From Octopus bimaculoides (Eukaryota): 51,560 nt of DNA. Below, piece after piece: positions 46,574-51,560 of the stretch. Under the pieces are notes generated by a model. The model was not told the DNA's origin, did no database searches, and worked only from the letters and a program-made list of their open reading frames with translations. Both the position numbers and the translations under genes were made by a program. The DNA is taken from positions 14,419,216 through 14,470,775 of the forward strand of contig NC_068982.1 in assembly GCF_001194135.2 (NCBI RefSeq), in the 5' to 3' direction. How positions within the stretch are numbered: position 1 is the first letter of the stretch; the number at the start of each line of letters is the position of its first letter.

Positions 46574-46765
46574 GGCAGCGAGCTGGCAGAATCGTTAGTA
46601 CCCCAGACGAAAATCTTAGCAGTATTTCATCTGCCGTTACGTTCTGAGTTCAAATTTTGCCAAGGTCGACTTTGCCTTTCATCCTTTCGGGGTCGATAAA
46701 TTAGTACCAACGGCGGTGCATCAGCATGGCCGCAGCTCTGAGCTGAAACTATAGAAAAAAAAAAA
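46574..46765 (+). mobile_element. Family C head/body joined to a family B-type tail
   Basis: C body to AGTACC, then GGCGGTGCATCAGCATGGCCGCAG...CTGAAAC and an A-rich tail. Confidence 0.85.
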
Positions 46766-48202
46766 CTATTCAACAGAGCATCAACAACTTGCTAGAGTTT
46801 CAACTCCTTCCTCAACTTTTTTAGACAGTGATGGTCAGTATTTTGGCTCAAATTTATAGTGGATTAAATTTTATTACCACTGAAAAAATACTTCTTCGTC
46901 ACAAACTACAAAAACTACAAAAAATTCCTAACAAAGTAGTCAATATTATTATAGGTCCTGCATGGATGCCATCTCAACGGATCACACAAGGCAATTGTCC
47001 AGGATCCCCAAGTGTCAAGGAGCTGAGGTTGACTTTGCCTTTCGTCCCTTTCAGGGTCAATAAAGTAAGTACCAGTTGTGCACTGGGGTTGATGTAATCG
47101 ACTTATGCCTTCCCCTAAAATTGCTGGCCTTGTGCCAAATTTGATATCAGTATATTGGCATCAAATTACAATTTCTTTCAAGTGATGATGATGAGGGTGG
47201 TGGTGGTGGTGGTGGTGGTGGTGNNNNNNNNNNNNNNNNNNNNNNNNNNNNNNNNNNNNNNNNNNNNNNNNNNNNNNNNNNNNNNNNNNNNNNNNNNNNN
47301 NNNNNNNNNNNNNNNNNNNNNNNNNNNNNNNNNNNNNNNNNNNNNNNNNNNNNNNNNNNNNNNNNNNNNNNNNNNNNNNNNNNNNNNNNNNNNNNNNNNN
47401 NNNNNNNNNNNNNNNNNNNNNNNNNNNNNNNNNNNNNNNNNNNNNNNNNNNNNNNNNNNNNNNNNNNNNNNNNNNNNNNNNNNNNNNNGTGGTGGTGGTG
47501 GTGGTGGTGGTGGTGGTGGTGGTGATGACAACGACAACAATGATGATGATAATAATGATGATGATGATGGTAATGGTAATGGTGATAAATATGACGACGA
47601 CGATGATGATGATGATGACGATGATGATCATGATGGTTTATGTAAACGAGAGAGAAATGCTATGTTCTAAATTCTATACAGTCAACCTGAAAAAGATACA
47701 GTAAAAGCAAAGTTTACTTTGTGTCACTCTTCTACATTAATATTCAAACATATCGCATACTTGATTCATATGAAATTGAGAAATTGGTCTAGAATGTTCC
47801 AGAGTCATTTAATACCAATATCTCTAACTGCTCATGATTTATATGAATTTGGAGTCTAAGTATCAATGTCACGTATTAATACAGAGAGCCACCAGAGTGG
47901 CATAACTGCTGCAGGACCAGGTTACATGTCATGCATCGTAGTGCTTAATTTTATCCCTTTACGTTCTCAACTCAAACCTTCCCTGCAAATTTGTGACAAT
48001 ACATCGATATAAAATACTTAAAGGCATAGATGCAGGAATAGAATTTGCTTAGGAGGTGCAAACCCAGGCCCCAAATGTTTTACAAGCATGGACAATTTTT
48101 TCAATCTTAATATCAAAACAAACAAAGGTACAACAACAACAACAACAACAACAACAACAGCAGCAGCAACAGCAACAACAACAACAACAACAACAACAAC
48201 AA

Positions 48203-48350
48203 CTGGCAGAATCGTCAGCACACTGGATGGCATATATAGTGGGTATTTTGCCCCTCGCTACATTCTGGGTTCAAATTGTACTGTGGTCAACTTTGCCTTT
48301 CATTCTTTCAGGGTCGATAAATTAAGTACCAGTGAAACACGGGGGTTATG
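48203..48350 (+). mobile_element. Family C SINE
   Basis: CTGGCAGAATCGTCAGCA...GGGTTCAAATT...GGTCAACTTTGCCTTTCATTCTTTCAGGGTCGATAAATTAAGTACC. Confidence 0.85.
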
Positions 48351-48644
48351 TTTGTACTTCAATCAAATCAGATAAATCAGATAATGGAAAAATAATGTTT
48401 CAAATTAGTCCAAAAATATTTCTGTACTCATTCGTTATGGCAATGAAGTTTTTCAGGAGGTTGTTTAAAGAATTTTCATTGCCCTACGAAGATTTTAGAG
48501 GGTGTGTTTGCACACCTTGCTTTCCTGTTCCCGACCCTATGCTTAATGGTTGTTTATTTTTATGCATATGTTAACCTTAAATTGAACAGACAAATAAAGA
48601 TATTCCTCACATGACCATCTTGTCGTTATTTTATATCAGAAACA

Positions 48645-48864
48645 GGGCAGCGAGCTGGCAGAATCATTAGCAAACCAGGCAAAATGCTGAACAGTATTTC
48701 GTCTGCCATTACATTCTGAGTTCAAATTCCACTAAGGTCAACTTTGCCTTTCATCCTTTCGAGACCGATAGAATTAGTACCAGTTATGCACTGGGGTCGA
48801 TGTAATTGACTTAATCCCTTCCCCAAAATTTGAGGCCTTGTGCTACCAATAGAAAGGATTATTC
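48645..48864 (+). mobile_element. Family C SINE, full length, 13-bp TSD
   Basis: GGGCAGCGAGCTGGCAGAATCATTAGC...GAGTTCAAATTCC...GGATTATT; TSD TATATCAGAAACA at 48632-44 and 48865-77. Confidence 0.93.
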
Positions 48865-49171
48865 TATATCAGAAACAAGGTATCTAAACTGACCTTCATG
48901 TCTTTTAAGATGGTAGAATATGAGATGAAGGATATATGGCTACTATTTCTAAAAGATTGAGCAACTGCCTTGAGATTCCTTCATTTGTTCATTATTTCAA
49001 AATAGACATTATAAATGATGTATGTGAATCTCATAAATTTTGTGTATAATTGTATCAGAGCATATCTTGCTTCTGTCTTAATGTTACATGCTAAAACACA
49101 TATAGAAGAGCATATATAATTGTATAGTGTAGAACATATGTATATATATATGTGTGTGTGTGTGTATTGAT

Positions 49172-49208
<37 letters not shown>

Positions 49209-50004
49209 TAACTATGCGTGTATACTGGAAATAACTAGCATCAATGCAGTGACCTAGCAGTGTAATATAATAAGACACAAGTGCTATGCAACAGCATTAC
49301 ATGGTCTCGCATATTATGTCCATTGAACAGCAAATAGAAGCAACGTGTAACCCAATACTGCAGTATTTTACAGTTTCAACTTGTCACATGGTTTCCAGTT
49401 ACCACTCTAATATTGTTAACTCTAAGCAAATAAATGGACCATAATCTAACAAGACTAGATGCCTACCGTTAAAAATGGACATAAATCATCAGCAGTTTTT
49501 ATTATACATACATACAGTTCATCATTAAAAATTAAACGAATTCCAGAGTTGAAAAATCTATTCATGAAACATGTATAAAATTGTAACTTGGGGGCAATCA
49601 AAGCATTGATTTCCATATGTTACAAGTGGAGAAGCTATAACTGAAATGTAGGAATAATGGAGATATATAAAACAGAGATACTAAATAAATACATCAATAA
49701 CTAAATAAATATATAAATAGATAAATATAAATGGATAAATAAATAAATAGCAGTGGACATAATGTTTTAAATATTCATATTCACTGCAATAGATTGAGAA
49801 GCATCAAAATGGTTGTATACTTAATCATCTGCATAACCATGCATGCATGTACAAGTAACACATACGCAAACATGGTTAAAACATAACCATGTGCATGCAT
49901 ACATATGTGCAAAGAGCAGAATGGATAATAAAACAGGCAAGCAATACAAACATTATGTGATAAATACTGTATATACATAGATAACTTATATCTATCTATC
50001 TGTC

Positions 50005-50035
<31 letters not shown>

Positions 50036-50387
50036 CTATCTTTCTATCTGTATGTATGTATGTATATATGTATGTATGTATGGAGGATGGATGGATGTAT
50101 GTATGCATGTATGTATACACTTCAAATTAATAGAAGAACCAATATTACTGGACAGAAAATATACACACAAGCTCACCATTTTGTTCGGTGCTAATACAGA
50201 ACCATTTCCACAAAATGTCCTCAACTTTAAGTAGAAAAGAAATTTGTATTTTTCTAATGTGTGTGTGAGTGTGTGTGTTTGTGTGTGGTGTGTGTGTGTG
50301 TTTGTGTGCATGTTCATGTGTGCATATGTTTGTACATAAACATACATATATATACATTATAATACATGCAATTATATATATTGACAT

Positions 50388-50590
50388 CATCATCATCATC
50401 ATATTCATCATTTAACGTCCGCTTTCCATGCTAGCATGGGTTGGACAGTTCGACTGGGGTCTGGGAAGCCAGGAGGCTGCACCAGGCTCCAGTCTGATCT
50501 GGCAATGTTTCTACAGCTGGATGCCCTTCCTAACGCCAACCACTCCGAGAGTGTAGTGGGTGCTTTTTACGTGCCACCGGCACAAGGGGC
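50388..50590 (-). mobile_element. Family A retroposon, low divergence
   Basis: TTTAACGTCCGCTTTCCATGCTAGCATGGG...CTACAGCTGGATGCCCTTCCTAACGCCAACC. Confidence 0.93.
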
Positions 50591-50727
50591 ATGTCAAGTG
50601 ATGGTGGGGGATAAACAAACAAAGGATAGGCTACAGAATTGTGTGGTGAAGATGTACGAACCATACTGGAGAATGAAAAATCATTCAGGTGCTACATGAA
50701 AAGCACTGGTGATGGTGCCAAGATGGT

Positions 50728-50933
50728 GCAGTGAGCTGGTAGAAACGTTAGCACACCGGGAGAAATACTTAGCGGTATTTTATCAGTCGCTACGTTCTGA
50801 GTTCAAATTCCGCCTTTCATCCTTTCAAGGTACCAGTTACACAGTGGGGGTCGATGTAATCAACTTAATCCCTTTGTCTGTCCTTGTTTGTCCTCTCTAT
50901 GTTTAGCCCCCCTGTGGGCAATAAAGAAATAAG
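50728..50933 (+). mobile_element. Family C long-tail variant inserted in a family A repeat unit
   Basis: GCAGTGAGCTGGTAGAAACGTTAGCAC...TCCCTTTGTCTGTCCTTGTTTG...GGGCAATAAAGAAATAAG. Confidence 0.88.
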
Positions 50934-51157
50934 AAGCACTGGTTGATGATGCCGTGTAAAAAGCATTGGTGATGGTGTCCCATACAAAGCACCCAGCACA
51001 ATCTGTAAAGTGGTTGGTATTAGGAAGGGCATCCAAATGCAGAAACCGTACCAAAACAGAGAATGGAACCAGGTGCAGCTCCTGTCAAATCATTCAACCC
51101 ATGCCAGCATGGAAATCGGATGTCAAATGATGACGATAGTGATAATGATGGTGGTGG

Positions 51158-51200
<43 letters not shown>
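50934..51200 (+). mobile_element. Family A (older subfamily) with (GAT)n tail
   Basis: TTAGGAAGGGCATCC...CCCATGCCAGCATGGAAATCGGATGTCAAATGATG. Confidence 0.82.
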
Positions 51201-51201
<1 letters not shown>

Positions 51202-51240
51202 CACCTGAAGATCACAGAGGTGTGAAACCCAAGTCATGAG
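51201..51240 (+). ncRNA. Weak hammerhead-like remnant
   Basis: GCAC-CTGAAGA-TC-ACA-GAGG-TGT-GAAA-CCCAAG-TC-ATG. Confidence 0.3.
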
Positions 51241-51360
51241 ACAAAAACTCAGTTTCAGTAAACCATGTACTCTACAATATGCATTGAGCACACTTCTTTC
51301 ATTTGTTCAACACACTTCAACGTTCATGTGTATGCATGTGTGTGTGTTTATGTGTGTGTA

Positions 51361-51397
<37 letters not shown>

Positions 51398-51486
51398 ATA
51401 CTTGTATACTTACACATACACACAAAAACACATATACACTCATATATGCACAAGCTACCCATAAACAAGAACCATATATATGTGTG

Positions 51487-51560
<74 letters not shown>

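Noticed and set aside
147-51519. ORF-track entries rich in poly-M/D/H/S/V/T, HT/CV/YI dipeptides or X
   Set aside because: They are translations of triplet and dinucleotide microsatellites, SINE bodies and N gaps; the same pseudo-peptides recur wherever the repeat recurs

Overview
Repeat-dense, AT-rich animal genomic DNA with no confidently supported protein-coding exon, most likely intronic or intergenic. The SINE repertoire, the density of (TA)n/(CA)n/(GAT)n/(GGT)n microsatellites and the gap pattern look like an Octopus (coleoid cephalopod) draft scaffold; this is recognition or inference, not a database result. About 3.8 kb is N in 11 gaps, most of them abutting a microsatellite. Nearly all ORF-track entries are translations of simple repeats, SINEs or gaps. 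The window holds roughly 45 copies or fragments of at least six retroposon families (my labels A-F), degenerate RTE-LINE ORF2 pieces, two mariner 3' fragments, piggyBac-type (TTAA) and Tc2/pogo-type (TA) MITEs, and two fold-back hairpins. The most notable signal is five dispersed minimal type I hammerhead-ribozyme-like motifs with (near-)palindromic helix III, the Penelope/retrozyme architecture. One has an intact catalytic core and sits inside a perfect 34-bp inverted repeat. Other highlights are a ~225-bp direct repeat flanking a retroposon (possible giant TSD), a SINE nested into its own family head with a 13-bp duplication, and an RTE remnant with three C2H2-like fingers split by a MITE. 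Coordinates of degenerate repeats are approximate (about +/-10 bp).
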